DNA of 63,971 nt, the filler included, from Olpidium bornovanus S191 (Eukaryota > Fungi > Olpidiomycota), in assembly GCA_017911155.1 (NCBI GenBank). It is 25 parts of 25 records of this genome, joined end to end, with 100 filler letters (N's around TTAATTAATTAA, not from the genome) between each part and the next. Parts side by side here need not be neighbours in the genome. Positions count along the whole stretch, not along the records: positions 1 to 2,187 come from JAEFCI010011726.1; positions 2,288 to 3,978 come from JAEFCI010001856.1; positions 4,079 to 7,541 come from JAEFCI010010846.1; positions 7,642 to 9,208 come from JAEFCI010011390.1; positions 9,309 to 12,259 come from JAEFCI010003959.1; 20 more parts are not named here. One strand, 5' to 3'. Shown here piece by piece: positions 1 through 12,120 of the stretch. The notes under the pieces were generated by a model. The model was not told the origin of the DNA and ran no database searches. It worked only from the letters and a program-made list of their open reading frames with translations. The stretch's first letter is position 1, and each line of letters starts with the position of its first letter. The position numbers and the translations under genes are program-made.

Positions 1-2187
1 GCGTGCTTTCCGGGCCTTCCAGAAACGGAGCAACCCGGCGTTTGGAGGAGAGAAACAGCCGCCACAGGCAGGGAAAAGGGGGCCGCCCCGGGGCGTCAAG
101 AGGTGCAGGCCCCGACGGGGGTCGGGGCCGGTCGCGGGGGGGGGGGGAAACCGGAGACGAAAGACGTCCTCCCTCCGGCCGCGACTGATGTGCGGTAGGG
201 TATGCAGGCCGGGTCTCGCCCGGCAGAGGGCCCGGCCTGCCGATCACCCAGGCGGGGGCGGTTGGGTTTGTGCGGCGCGGAATGTGCGCGTGCCGAACGG
301 GGAAGGACGGAAGAGGGCGGCCAGGGACGTTGGCGGGAAAGTGATCCCAAAATAACACGGCGTCCGGGAGAATTGCAATTTACTGTGCAATATGCTCAAT
401 TCAATGCCATTTGACCCACATATATATAGCATTTGTCTATGTGAGCAGTCGCCGGGTTTGCCGTCAAGGCAAAAACGATAAAGCCGGCGCGGCACGCTCA
501 AAACAACAAGCGCGCCAGGTGGAATGGAGACCCGGTCGGACCGCGACAAACGCCGTTCGCGACCCCGCACCCTCTCCCCCCCCCTCCCTCCCCCCTCCCC
601 GGCACTCGCCCCAGCTTCTCGACGGGCGTGACCTGTTCCCACTGACGCCGCCCCTCCTCTGACGGACCATCGCGCCCAAGGCTTTCTTGCTGGCCCAAAC
701 CCCGCCGAGGGTGGAATTGGTAGAGAAGACGGGGAACAAGCGTGGTAAAAAAAAAATGTCGAATTTCACGCGCTGCACCCTTGTGGTCACGTGCGTTTCT
801 CGCCCGCCGGCGACCATCTTGTTCAGGGCCTGCAGCCTGTTACAATTGCCCGCGTGCATTTGACCGAACCGCGGAATCAAGTCGCCTTTTATCAGGCACT
901 GCTTTGTGTGTCATCCCCAGACAAGGGCCGGCATCGGCGATCAGGGAAATAGATCACGGTGCGCACGTGCGACAACGCCTGGGCCGTGCTCAACCGTCGA
1001 TTTCGCTGAAGAGTCCCGACGCTGCCGCGTTGACAACAGCAACTGCCGCGGGCTGACCAAGAAGGGGAAAGCCTGCCGGAAACGACAACCGACCAAACAT
1101 AGCCCGGCGTCATTCGTCTGGAGACATTCTCAGCGCCGCTCGCTGTTCCCTTCCGACCCTCGGACGATACTGGCAGCGTCAGCGGCATCGCGCGGCTTCT
1201 CGTGCGTGCGGAACTCGCGCTCCTCGCCGTTTATGGCAATGGATAGCCTTTTGCGCCTGTGTCATCACCCTCAGCAAAGTCTTTCCTCAAATAATGACTG
1301 CTGGGGTTTAGCTGGGCATTTGGCAGCAGGCCTTCCACCCGGAAAAAAAAAACGTCCTCTCAGGAGGAGACCACAAAGGTCTGCACAACGGGAAGCTGCG
1401 CAATGAGCAGGAGGACGATGGAGCATTTATGTAATGGGTGCTATGGCAGTCGGGGCCCAGCGGCCCGAGAGTTAACATCGATAAATGCCGATTGTCCGGG
1501 TTCGAATTGGGTGTTATCGCAAAGCCCTGTTGCGGGCGGGGCACCCTTGCGGCCGTTCGCAATCTGCGGGGCTGATCGGCGGGCGTTGTCTTCGTGCTAC
1601 CGCCCCGCACAGACTTTGTTTTCAGCACTGTTTCGTCGAGTGCGACGGATGGTGCGCTGTGCTCCTCCGAAATAGATAAAAGGGAAGAAAGGGAAGGGGG
1701 GGAGGGGGGGGCTACGGCAACTTTTCGGTGAAAAATGCAATACTACGGTTCGACGTAAAAGTCCGGAAGGGGTGAATTTTTATGTAAACATCTGGCACGC
1801 ACCCGGCGCCACTAGTTGTGGGGTTGTGTAAGTGACGTTTTCACAAGGCCTATTTTGAAAAACTCATTCGCTTTCTTGCGCTCCTGAAAGGCGGCAAAAA
1901 AGGCAAACGTAGCAGGCGTAAACGAATGGATCGGGCGCTCGGAGGACACCAACAATCGAAAGGCCAGGAAGTGGTTCATCAATAAACCGATGCTGATAAC
2001 AATTGGGGTTGGAAGTTTGAAAAGACGACAGTTCACTCGCGCTTCAACTGACGCGCTCCGTCTGTTCCATGCGAACCTCGTCCCTGGCCAAAATGCAGCG
2101 CGGCGTTGTATGACCGCCCGCAGCGGCCCCCGCCGCGCTGGACACCGCTTGCACTGCAGGCTCTGCCTCCTCTTCAGACGACGCTGA

Positions 2188-2287
2188 NNNNNNNNNNNNN
2201 NNNNNNNNNNNNNNNNNNNNNNNNNNNNNNNTTAATTAATTAANNNNNNNNNNNNNNNNNNNNNNNNNNNNNNNNNNNNNNNNNNNN
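2188..2287. other. Artificial contig-joining spacer (first of 24 identical ones)
   Basis: 44 N + TTAATTAATTAA (stops in all six frames) + 44 N. Repeated at 3979, 7542, 9209, 12260, 14223, 17418, 19322, 21978, 25552, 26797, 28281, 30609, 32239, 34476, 36143, 39103, 45278, 46675, 48538, 50438, 58259, 60934 and 62857 (each 100 bp). Confidence 0.99.
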
Positions 2288-3978
2288 GCATGCACGATAA
2301 GATCCTTCGCGCCCGGCGAGGTGCGAGCCTCGGCCGCCACCATCACGCGCGAGCCGACGAGCAGACCGTCGCACGGCATCGGCGGGTATCCGAACTGTAC
2401 GCTCCACTCTCCGGTAAGGTAGGGAAGCGTCCCCTTCGCGTCGCCGAATCCGCTGCCGACGACAAGGATGATGTTTTGCTGCCGGCGGATGGCGCCTGCG
2501 GAGGTAAAAATAGAATTAGAATAATATACAAGCTTGAAAGCGGTGGGGCTGCAGAATGTAAGGAGGAAAGAAAGCAAAGCGTACCGTACGACTCCAGCAG
2601 CGGCTGGTGGAAATCCTCGAAGGAGTGGTGTCCTCCGCCGCGACCTCCAGTCCACTGCAGAACGATCGGCATGTCCGGGTTGTGTTTGGCGATAGAGATT
2701 ACACGCCTGATGGTTTCGGTGCCTCCAGGCTTAAACGCGACATGCCTGATGCCGGCTTCCTTCAGGCTGGAGACGACCTCGTTCGCAACATCCAAGGAGG
2801 GAACTCCGGCCGCAACGCACACGCCCTCCATCGGGATGCCTTCCTTTCGCATAGCCTTGACTGCAGGATACTGGAATCCCCAGAGGCGAGGATTGAGAAA
2901 CAGGATGTTGAGGGTAATCCCCTCCCCAGGAGCGACCAGATCCATGATCTTCTTCACCCGATTGCGCAGGTACTCTTCCGTGTGCTGGCCACCGCCAGCA
3001 AGCTCGATGTGGAAACCAGCATTTACCACAGCCGCGACGAAAGACTCCTGAACAGTGGAAGGCGTCATTCCGGGTACCATAATCGGAGGCTTTCCGAGAA
3101 GGCGGCTGAACGGTGTTTCAACGTGGATCTGGTCTGTATTTGCCATCCGAATCAACCTGGGTCGGAACTGGAGATGGATGGCACGCGGAGAGCAGGCGTT
3201 AATAAAAAAGCACGGGGACGAGGGGGAAAATATCTTCTGACACGGTTGACCACAACAAGCGCACCTGCTCAGACCAGTTCGGAGCGAATTTCACGGAGTG
3301 CGGATCTTGGTCGAACAATGATGATTTGTTCAGCATCTCTGACGGAACGTCGTCAATGGTGGCAGCCAGGACAACCTGGACTCCAGTGCCCTCCTTGTTC
3401 CTGGACGTAAGGAATCCTACACCGGAAGCGCCGCCGGGTCCAAAATCAAGGACGTGCGTAAGGCCCTTCGCGTTTGTCGCCTTCTCCCAATATACCGGCA
3501 AAAGGCAAATCTGCTCGACGAGCGAGGACGTGACGTCCGGTCTCTTGCGGATATCCTCGCCTGTCGATGGAAAAAGAACGTGAGATTCGGGACGCCTCTC
3601 GCAGAAATCGTCAGTTTAAAGCCAAATAATCGAAACGCACCAGTGTGGGTGTTGTACACGCAGATCGCCATTTTCTCGGCATCAAAACTAAGGTTATGAC
3701 GAATAATGTCCTGTTCCAATTGCGCCGGTACATCTTTCAAGTAGCCGCTGTGGAAAGGTACAGCAACCGGCAAGAATCTTGAAGAGAATCGGACTTTCCT
3801 CTCCGAATACGGAACCCGAGTTTGGTCCTGTCCGCTTGCTTTGAGCTTGCGGAGAGAATTGTTCAGACCATAGAGAGACTGCGGCGGACCGGAAAACACT
3901 GCGGAGCGCGGTCCGTTGACCAGGGAAAGGTGGACCCTGCGGTCCTCGGGCAGGAACGAATTCGTCGAATCCACATGC
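2288..3978 (-). CDS. FAS1: Fungal type I fatty acid synthase beta chain, internal multi-exon fragment (acetyltransferase end + enoyl reductase)
   Basis: Exons read [97 protein letters not shown] and [25 protein letters not shown]. These are hallmark FAS1 motifs. Both ends are truncated by the contig. Confidence 0.97.
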
Positions 3979-4078
3979 NNNNNNNNNNNNNNNNNNNNNN
4001 NNNNNNNNNNNNNNNNNNNNNNTTAATTAATTAANNNNNNNNNNNNNNNNNNNNNNNNNNNNNNNNNNNNNNNNNNNN

Positions 4079-4944
4079 CATGGGTCACCGCAAAAATGGC
4101 GGCCAGTGAGTAGTTTGAGTCAAATATCTCGCATTACTTGATGGAATTCGATATCACATTGACGAGCTGACCAGTCGCGGTCGACGCGTAGATGTTTGCG
4201 ACCGCCGCACCCACAGCGGCAAACACCACGCCAAGCAGGATGAGCAGGTCGGGTTTGACAAGCGTCCATATCTCGTACGCAAGGATCGCACTGGGAAGTC
4301 GTTGGGGAGCTGAACGAGGAAACTCGTTCAGTTCGACAATGTCGCTCAGTGCGCTCCAAGGGGCCTTCAAACCGGGCAAACCGTTGCCTACGTTGGCCGG
4401 CGATCTCACGTTCCACCTCAAGGGCGGCAGTGAAAGGCGGCACTGCGACTTCAAACGCGCGCTTGCCTTGCAAGTGCGCGACATTGGCGGCGCATTTTGC
4501 ATAGGCCGCAGCGAGGACCACCGACAACGGCAACACAGTGGCCGAAAAGGGCAAGATGCCGGGCCTCTGCATCGGCGGCGCTGTGCAAAATATTGTGGAA
4601 GGGGCGTTCGTGGACCGAGGCATTAGCGACACTCCGCGGAGGGCGGGCAGCTCGAGGCCGTCAAAGCGGCGGAGCGTTTCCCTGCCGGGGGGCCAGGTAC
4701 CTCCCCTCCTTGCGGCGAAGACGCCGAAGCTGCGGACGCAGGCCGGCCGACCGAAAAGGCTCGAGTCGGGCTGCCGGCCGAATGCGCCGCGCAGGAAAGC
4801 AACCACTCCGCGCCTTGAAGGCCCGCGCGGCGGCGGCGGGAGCGGAACGCTCCGCAAGGCGTGGACGCGAGCAGGCCGGGCGCAGGGGGCGAACGCCCAC
4901 CCGAGGCGGCAAGCGGCGGCTGCCGTCCAGACAAGCCGCGGCAT
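4079..4944 (-). CDS. Mitochondrial ABCB half-transporter (ABCB8/MDL-like), 5' part
   Basis: ATG at 4944 opens an Arg/Ala-rich presequence-like MPRLVWTAAAACRLGW. A later exon, IWTLVKPDLLILLGVVFAAVGAAVANIYASTATGQLVNVI, resembles TM1 of ABCB8-type transporters. GTAATG donor near 4137. Confidence 0.75.
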
Positions 4945-5072
4945 GGTTTCCACCTGGGGCGGGGCCGTTCGGAAAAAAAAGAAAAAAAATCCGTTTTTCT
5001 CCCCAAGGAAACCGCCCCCAGGCAGGCGCCGCCGGAAGAGGCACGCGCTCAGCCACACACACGCTCACGCAC

Positions 5073-7541
5073 ATGGAGCTGCACGCGAACCGCCTGCTGG
5101 AGGCAAAGAAGCACTGCGAGGGCCTGGAAAAAGGTGCGGAGCGCGCGAAAGGGCCGGTGCGAAGAGTCCCGTCAACTGCCACGGGAAGCTGCTGACGCCA
5201 CCGCCCGGTTCTGCTTCTCCAGATGTCGCCGCTTTGCTCGCCCCTGCGGCTGCGAGCCCGCCGGACGGCCGAGAGGACGTCCAGTCCAACCTGAGGGACT
5301 TCCAAGAGCAGGTGAAACCGGAGCGGGGTCAAGGAAAACTGCTTACCCCCCCCCCCACCACCAACCACCACCACCACCCACTCTTAGCAAAAAGCCTTTG
5401 AGCGTTTTCCTCGCGACGCAAGTGACCGACGCGTTTTCCGTCCCGAACCTGCGCGTTTGCTGCCTTATCCAGTTCCTGCACATGGCCAAGGCTCTGGCGC
5501 TCGCCATCCAGAATTCGGAGGTCGCGGGCGCTTCCAGGACACGCAGCTTCCGCACCGAGAGGACTCGCCTAAACGGGATCGTGACGTCCCTCGAGGCAGA
5601 CAAGCGGGAGTTAGAGAAGGAGCTTTACGACCTCGAGGAGGTCGTCAGGCTCCTGAGGGAGGACGTCGACCGGCGCTGGCAGCACGAGGTGCAGCTGGAG
5701 ACGCACGCCCGTGTCCTCGAAGCGGAAAGGAAGGAAACGCTGGAGGAGCTGTCGGGCTTGCAGCGCGAGCTCGCGGAAATGCGGGTGTTTAGCGTGGAGG
5801 TCACCTCGGCGGTCGCCCTGTCCGACCGCCGCGTCGCCGAGCTTGAGCGGCTGGTGCGGTGTGCGAGGGACGGGGCCGAACGCGAAACCCTTGCGCACGA
5901 GAGAGCCCTCGCAGAGAAAGCGGGTGAGTTGGCGGCGACCGCTCTCCGCCTCGACGAGGCCCAGAGGACGTGCGCCGAACAGCGGGACTCGCTGGCCAGC
6001 CTCGCCGAGGACAGGGAGCGGCTTCGCCGGGATCTGGACAGCGCGAGGACGGAATTTGCGGAACGGTCGGACGCCGCTCGGAGGGAGCTCGCCCGGCAGG
6101 TGGAGGAAACGGAGAAGCTGCAGCACAAGGCCGAGGATTTGAGCGAGTCTGTCCGAGCTTTTGAGAGGGAGAGGGAAATCTGGTCGTCGCAGCTGAAATC
6201 TCTGGAAGAGCGACGGTCTCGAGAGAAACAGCAGGCCCAACATACTTTGCAGGAGGTGATGGACAAGCTCGAATCCGCGCAGGCCGACATTGCAGAGAGG
6301 GCGGCCGCCGTCGAGGAACGCGATGCTGACCTGTCGCGGATCAAGGCGGATCTCACGAAGTCGACCAATCAGCTGAAGCACACCGAAGCGTCGCTTGCGA
6401 AACGCACAGAGCAGTACGACCGGTCGCTCGAGGAAGTGGCTGCCCTGAGGAAGGAGATCCAGGAGGCCGCAGCTCGACAAAGAGGCGAACTGGAAGACCG
6501 CGAAAACTCGGCCTGGGCCCTGCGTGTCGACCTCGAGAAGGCGATGGCAGACGCGGCAAACGCCGTGCAAAGCCTCGGGAAGCGATCCGAACAGCTGGAG
6601 GAGGCCAAGCGGCATATGGCGGAACTGCGTGCGCAGGTTGCCACCGAGCAGCAGGCCAGTACAGCGAAGCAAAGGGCTCTGGATGAGAAGGCGGCCACGA
6701 CCTCCGCTCTGCGAGGAGATTTGGAACGCACCCAGGCGGACCTGGCAATTGCGCGGCGGGATAGACTACACTGGGAAGCAGAGGCCGGCCGGGCACACGA
6801 TGCGGCGAGGGAAGCGCGGGTTAGTTTCGAGGAACGGGTTTGCGCGCTCGAGGACCGGCTGGCGCAGGCGAACGAGGAACTTTTGCAACGCGAGCTGCAG
6901 GGCACGCAGTTGTCAAAGACGGTCGCAGACCGCGACGCGAGGATGTCGACCATACAGGCGGATCTAGCCGAGATTGAGAGCGAACTGGCGCAGACGAACA
7001 GACTTTTGGAGAAAAAGACCAGCGAAGCGGAGAGCACGGATGCCCGCCTGCGCAATGCGCTTGCCGAACTGCAGGACGTGCAAGAACGGACCGAGCGGCA
7101 GGTCCAGCAGCTGCAGGCGGATCTCTCGAAACGCGCGGCCGAGGCGACAAATCTGTCCGAGAAGCTCATGCAGAAGGAGGCGTCACTGGCGGACCTTCGT
7201 GAGCGGCTTCAAAAGGCCTCCGTCTCCACGCTTCACCCGTCGGTCACAGTCCCCTCGCAGAAGTCGCCGGTATCCCAGAAGCTGCGGGCGGCGTCGCTGA
7301 GATCACCCGGGGACAGTGTGGCGCACGCGAGGGCTGCGTCGGAGTTTGCGAAGCCCGACGAAGAGACTCCGAGCAAGCGCCGGAAACTGCTCGGCCCTTC
7401 TTCGTCGGTACGACCGGTTTCATGCGGGCGTTTCCGACGTTTTACGCGCGCGAATCCCGCACTCGCGGCCAGGATATGTCGGTGACCGCGGCCTTCTCCT
7501 CCAATTCCGCAGTCTTCCAGACCCCGGATGAGTTCCAAGTC
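5073..7541 (+). CDS. Long coiled-coil protein of unknown identity (multi-exon, probably 3' partial)
   Basis: About 640 codons of heptad-rich E/L/R/A/Q sequence from ~5473 to ~7400. Probable 5' exons from ATG 5073 (MELHANRLLEAKK). Probable donor GTACGA near 7408 and acceptor near 7514. Confidence 0.8.
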
Positions 7542-8022
7542 NNNNNNNNNNNNNNNNNNNNNNNNNNNNNNNNNNNNNNNNNNNNTTAATTAATTAANNN
7601 NNNNNNNNNNNNNNNNNNNNNNNNNNNNNNNNNNNNNNNNNGAGTAACGAAAGAAAGTGGCGTCGCGCCGGGTCCGTCCGGTTTTCTCATAAATTTTCAA
7701 TGGGGGACAGAGGGTGCGAGCGGCAGCGGACCAAGCCCGGCCGGGCCCCGCACGGAGGCCGGTTCTCCCATCTACGACCATACTACTCCGCGGAGCGGTC
7801 CCCGACCACGGCGTTTGGTCCTGGCAACCATGGTTTGAATGATAGGGCTCGATCTCTCCGTCGTACTGCGTAGTTGTGTCAACGGTCCAGCGCCAGGGGA
7901 ACCCGCCCGGCACCGTGTAGCGATTTTGATAATTTTTTTTTTTTTTTTTTGGTTTATTTTGTTCCCGCCGTTGAAAACGCAACCGGAGCGCAAAGAAGGC
8001 GTCGCCGGCCGCACGGAAGGGG

Positions 8023-9208
8023 ATGTCCTCCGGCCTGGAGGCGCAGTCGGCCGCGGGCCGGTCGCCGCAGGGCGTGCACGTCGTCGACGACGACGGCCGC
8101 GTCGACAGCTCCGGGCGCGCCCCGGAGGACGACGCAACCGGCCGAGGAGGAGGAGGCGCCGCCGGCGTGTGGTCGGCGCCGCAGGCCACGTTCATGCTCC
8201 TGACCGTGATCGTCGGGCTGGGGTTTTTGGCGCTGCCCTGGTGTTTCGCCAGGGCCGGCTGGGTCGCCGGGACGACGCTGCTGGCGGCCGCGGCGCTCGT
8301 GATGGCGAGGACGGCCCATGATCTCGTCGAGTGCATGGTGGACGACCGGGGCCAACTCGCCGCCAGGACCTTCCCGGACCTCGCCGTCCTGACCTTCGGC
8401 GAGCGCGCTCGCGCCGTCGTCTCGAGCATGTTTGCTTTCGAACTGCTCGGGGCGGCGGTGGCCGCCCTGGTGCTCTCGGCCAACAACCTCTCGGTCCTCC
8501 TGGCGCCCCACGTCCCCGCCTTCGACGGCGTTTTCCCCAAGATCGCAATCGGCGTCGTGGGCTGGCTCTCCACCTTTCTTGACCTCTCCGCTCTGGCCGC
8601 GACGTCCCTCCTCGGCATCGCGTCGTCGATCTCGCTGGTGATCGCGGTCTTGTACAACGGCTTCAGCAACGACGCGGCGCCCGGCAGCCTGTGGCAGCCG
8701 GCGGCGACATCCCTCTGGCCAGCTTCGTGGCAGGCCGCAATGGTCGTCGGCATTTTCGTCAACTGCATGAGCTGTCACGGCGGTCCGTCCGTTTCTAAGA
8801 TTTTTGCGTGCAATCTTTTGAGACGTTTTTTCGCCGGGACCTGGCGGCTCACATCGTAAATCCCGATTTCTTCCTTTCTCCGGTCAGTTCTCCCGAGCAT
8901 CTGCCTTGGAACCCGGGACCGCGCTAAGATGCCTGCCGTCGTGTACACTTCGTTCTCCATCGCGTTTTTCCTCTATCTCACTTTGGCCTCGGTTGGGTAC
9001 TTGATGTTCGGAAGCGACGCTAAGGACATCGTGCGGATCTTGGGCTGGGGGGGGGGTTTATTTGATTCCTTTTTTTTTGCGCTTCGCCATGCGCCGGTAT
9101 GCAAGTCGGACTGAAGTTTACCTCGCGTTTATCGTTTCCAGCTAACGGAGAACCTCGCGATGCCCGGACACCCGAACGCGATTCTGAACAGGAGTACGTC
9201 CTTCGCGC
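8023..9208 (+). CDS. Transmembrane amino-acid transporter (Aa_trans/AVT1-like), 3' partial
   Basis: QATFMLLTVIVGLGFLALPWCFARAGWVAG, RTFPDLAVLTFG, FELLGAAVAALVL, CMSCHG, YLTLASVGYLMFG; multiple hydrophobic helices; introns near 8780 and 9030. Confidence 0.92.
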
Positions 9209-9435
9209 NNNNNNNNNNNNNNNNNNNNNNNNNNNNNNNNNNNNNNNNNNNNTTAATTAATTAANNNNNNNNNNNNNNNNNNNNNNNNNNNNNNNNNNNN
9301 NNNNNNNNCCCCCTTCCCCTCCCCTCCACCCTCCCCTCTCCCTCCCCCACCCCACTTTCTCCCCACATTTCCTTTGCCTGTGACGTGACCTGTTCCGGTA
9401 CGCCAGTTTGACCCCGTTTTGCCGCCATGCGAACA

Positions 9436-10539
9436 GTCACTCCTGTCGCGGAGTTCAACTTCTACGCGTACGTTGCCGGACCCCGATCCCCCCCCTCTCC
9501 CCCCCCCCCCCCCCCTCCCCCCCCCCCCCCCCCTTGCCCACACCGCTTCAAATAAAAAAACCAATGTTAGTCGTCGGTCCTGCATTCACTTTTTCAGTTT
9601 TTAATCCGCCTTTACGTCATTTTCCAAAAGAGACCCCGACGCTGCGAAAGAGGTCCTGTCGGCCTCGCTTCCAAGTGATGACGCTCCCGGTATTCACGTT
9701 ACCTTGGTCCCGATGGATGGTGAGCACAAAACGCGATTCGTTTCGTTTTGGCCGGTTCAGCATTGGCCGTGAGCCGTCGGCCGCTAACCGGACTTCTTCA
9801 TCCCTCCTCCTCAGTGACAAACACCGTTCGACTCCCCGCGTCCGTCCTGCCCACCAGCTTCGAGCCGCTGTCCTCGCCGCTCGCCAAGTTCACGGGGATA
9901 ATCCTGGCGCACATGTTCAAAGTCATGGCGCGCGGAGAAGGCGTGCGCGCGGACGCGTCCTACGTGCACATGCACGACCCGCTGGCGGCGGGCGTGGTAT
10001 GCGACCTGGCTCGGTTCGGAACGCTGCAAGAGAGCCCCCCCGACACGACGGCGGCCGCGGCCGCGGCCGGCGGGAAGACCGCAAACTCGGAGATGTCGGG
10101 AGTGACGCTGCGCAGCGTGTGGAAGACGCGTTGGATGGACGTGCGCGTCGAAACCCGCGGCGAGATCACGGCGGGCATGTGCGTCGTCGACCGCCGCGCG
10201 GAAAGGCTGAAGAAGCTGGGAGCGGACGCCGCCGAGGCGCGCAAGGCGTCGGAGTTCCCCGCCGGGACGGACAATGCGCACGCCGCCGCCGAAGCTTGCG
10301 GTTTGTCTGATCACCCCCAGTCTAAAGTGGAGGTGATATTGAACATCGAGGAGCCGGACGCTTGGTGGCAGTGGTTCCTGCTGCAGGTAAGGTCGAAACC
10401 GATCGTGTCGTGCCCCCCCCCCCAACCCCAGCCTGCCCGAGGGTCGAGGACGCGCGTTTTTGAGCACACCCGCGTGGAACATGCTGACGTCGTAAAATCG
10501 CAGGTCTACGACATTCGGTGGCATGCCGCCGTTGAGTAG
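9436..10539 (+). CDS. Inosine/uridine-preferring nucleoside hydrolase, 5' partial
   Basis: Small exons TPVAEFNFY (9436-9467) and DPDAAKEVL...VTLVPMD (~9630-9719), then MHDPLAAGVV and VRVETRGEITAGMCVVDRR, which are IU-NH family motifs. Confidence 0.92.
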
Positions 10540-11464
10540 GTCCGACGGGAAAAGAACAGAAATGAAAAAAAAGAAAAAAAATAATTAAAGAAGAAATTGC
10601 GCGTTCTCGCGGGTCAACCAGGCCCGTGCGAAGAACGAAAAAAGGAAGGCCGACAGTAGAAACCCTTTCCTCTTTTTATGGTGGTTTAGAAACGAGGAAG
10701 CGCGCGCACCATCCTGTATCGGCTTTACGGACAAACTTGATGATCACACGGAGCTAATGACCACGCCCTTCTCAGCCCTCCCCCTTCTCTGCGCGAAGTT
10801 CGGAGCGCACAGGGAGACACCTGTGACCTTCCCCCCTTTTTTCTCCTCCCCTCCCTTTTCCCGCAAGCGGTTCCCTGTCTCAGGGTCAGCTGCGGGTTTT
10901 GGCGTCGACCGTCCTTTGGACGTCGCGAGCCGCTTCTGTACGACGGTCGACGTGGGGTGGGAGGCGTGTGCCGCTTCAGACATATTTCCGCTTTTCCTTG
11001 TCTGAAACAATCCAGAGCAAAACCATTATCACCAAAAATGTAGGTACACTGGCTTTACAAAGTCGACAAAGTCGAATCGAGAAATCCTCGTGTGCGCCTT
11101 GGTGCGGACAGAGGAGAGCGACCGCTAGCGTGATCTTACGCTTCAGTCCGGTCACCCGGATGCGGATGGTCTCCTCCGAGTCGGCCGCTGCATCGCGAGT
11201 TCCCGGGCGGCGCTTTTTCGCCGGTAGCAGGATTTCCACGGAACCGTATACTCGGATTCCTGTTTGGGGGTTATTTGTTAGACAGTCCCCGATACAAGTC
11301 AGTTCCCCGATAGAAGTCAGTTCAGCGCGCAGTACAGCTCGCAATGGGGACGGCGCGGTACCGCGAGGCGCACTAGGTCGGAGACCCTTAATGTTTGTGC
11401 TGGCGAAAAGCGATTCAGAGTCGGGGGTCAGGGTTGAGGGGGGCTGGGGGCATTCGGCTTCAAG

Positions 11465-11850
11465 GGGGGTTCATGACGAGATCGTCCTGCGCGAAGGCCT
11501 GTCTGGAGTGGGGGCGGTCGTAGAACTTGGCCTGGGCGTCTTTCGCGGTCAAAGACGTTGTTTCGGGCTCTGGCGACGATGACCTTTGGTCGGTCGGTTA
11601 GGTCTGTCGCCGCGGGCCCGTTGGTCTCCGAAGCCGAGTCCGTGTCGAGCCCAGAGAGTGAGACCCTCTCCCCATACGTCATTTCAAATGGTGTGTCCCC
11701 CGTGGAGGTGTGGGGTGTGGAATTGTATGCCAGTTCGATAAAAGGGAGTTGGTCGAGCCAGTTGACTGGCCGAGTCCCCAGGGTCATCCGTAGGGCAGTC
11801 TTGATGAAATGCATGCCACACTCCGCCAACCCGTTGGTCTGTTAGTGGCA
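11465..11850 (-). mobile_element. Degenerate Ty3/gypsy integrase C-terminal fragment
   Basis: H*QTNGLAE, NWLDQLPFIELAYNSTPHTSTGDTPFEMTYG, then a frameshift into AQAKFYDRPHSRQAFAQDDLVM. Confidence 0.9.
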
Positions 11851-11963
11851 GGCGTGTCATGGCGCGCGCTCTGGGGGCGTCAAACCCCTCTCGGGCTACA
11901 TCAAGCCCTTATCGAGGGCAGCCTGCCAAGCCCAAGTCACGTGACCTAGAAATCGCCGAGTTC

Positions 11964-11987
11964 ACTAGACACACCAGTGTGTCTAGT
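11964..11987. repeat. Perfect 11-bp inverted repeat (ACTAGACACAC-CA-GTGTGTCTAGT) flanked by two TCACGTGAC boxes
   Basis: Read directly. GTCACGTGAC at 11936-11945 and TCACGTGAC at 11995-12003. Confidence 0.9.
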
Positions 11988-12120
11988 CGCGACTTCACGT
12001 GACCTCCAGATCAAGACCTAGACCAAGACCTAGACGGTGTGTATAGGGCGCCAGCGCTGTGGTAAGCCGTAGCATCGGCGAATTCCCACCACGCTGTGGC
12101 CGTGGAGATTAATTCCACGG

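Noticed and set aside
1495-1515. GGGTTCGAAT as a tRNA T-loop (similar at 46560 and 57671)
   Set aside because: No complementary T-stem, acceptor stem or anticodon arm.
2232-2243. Regularly recurring TTAATTAATTAA palindrome as a biological repeat or CRISPR-like array
   Set aside because: Always centred in exactly 44+44 N; it is a synthetic six-frame stop linker.
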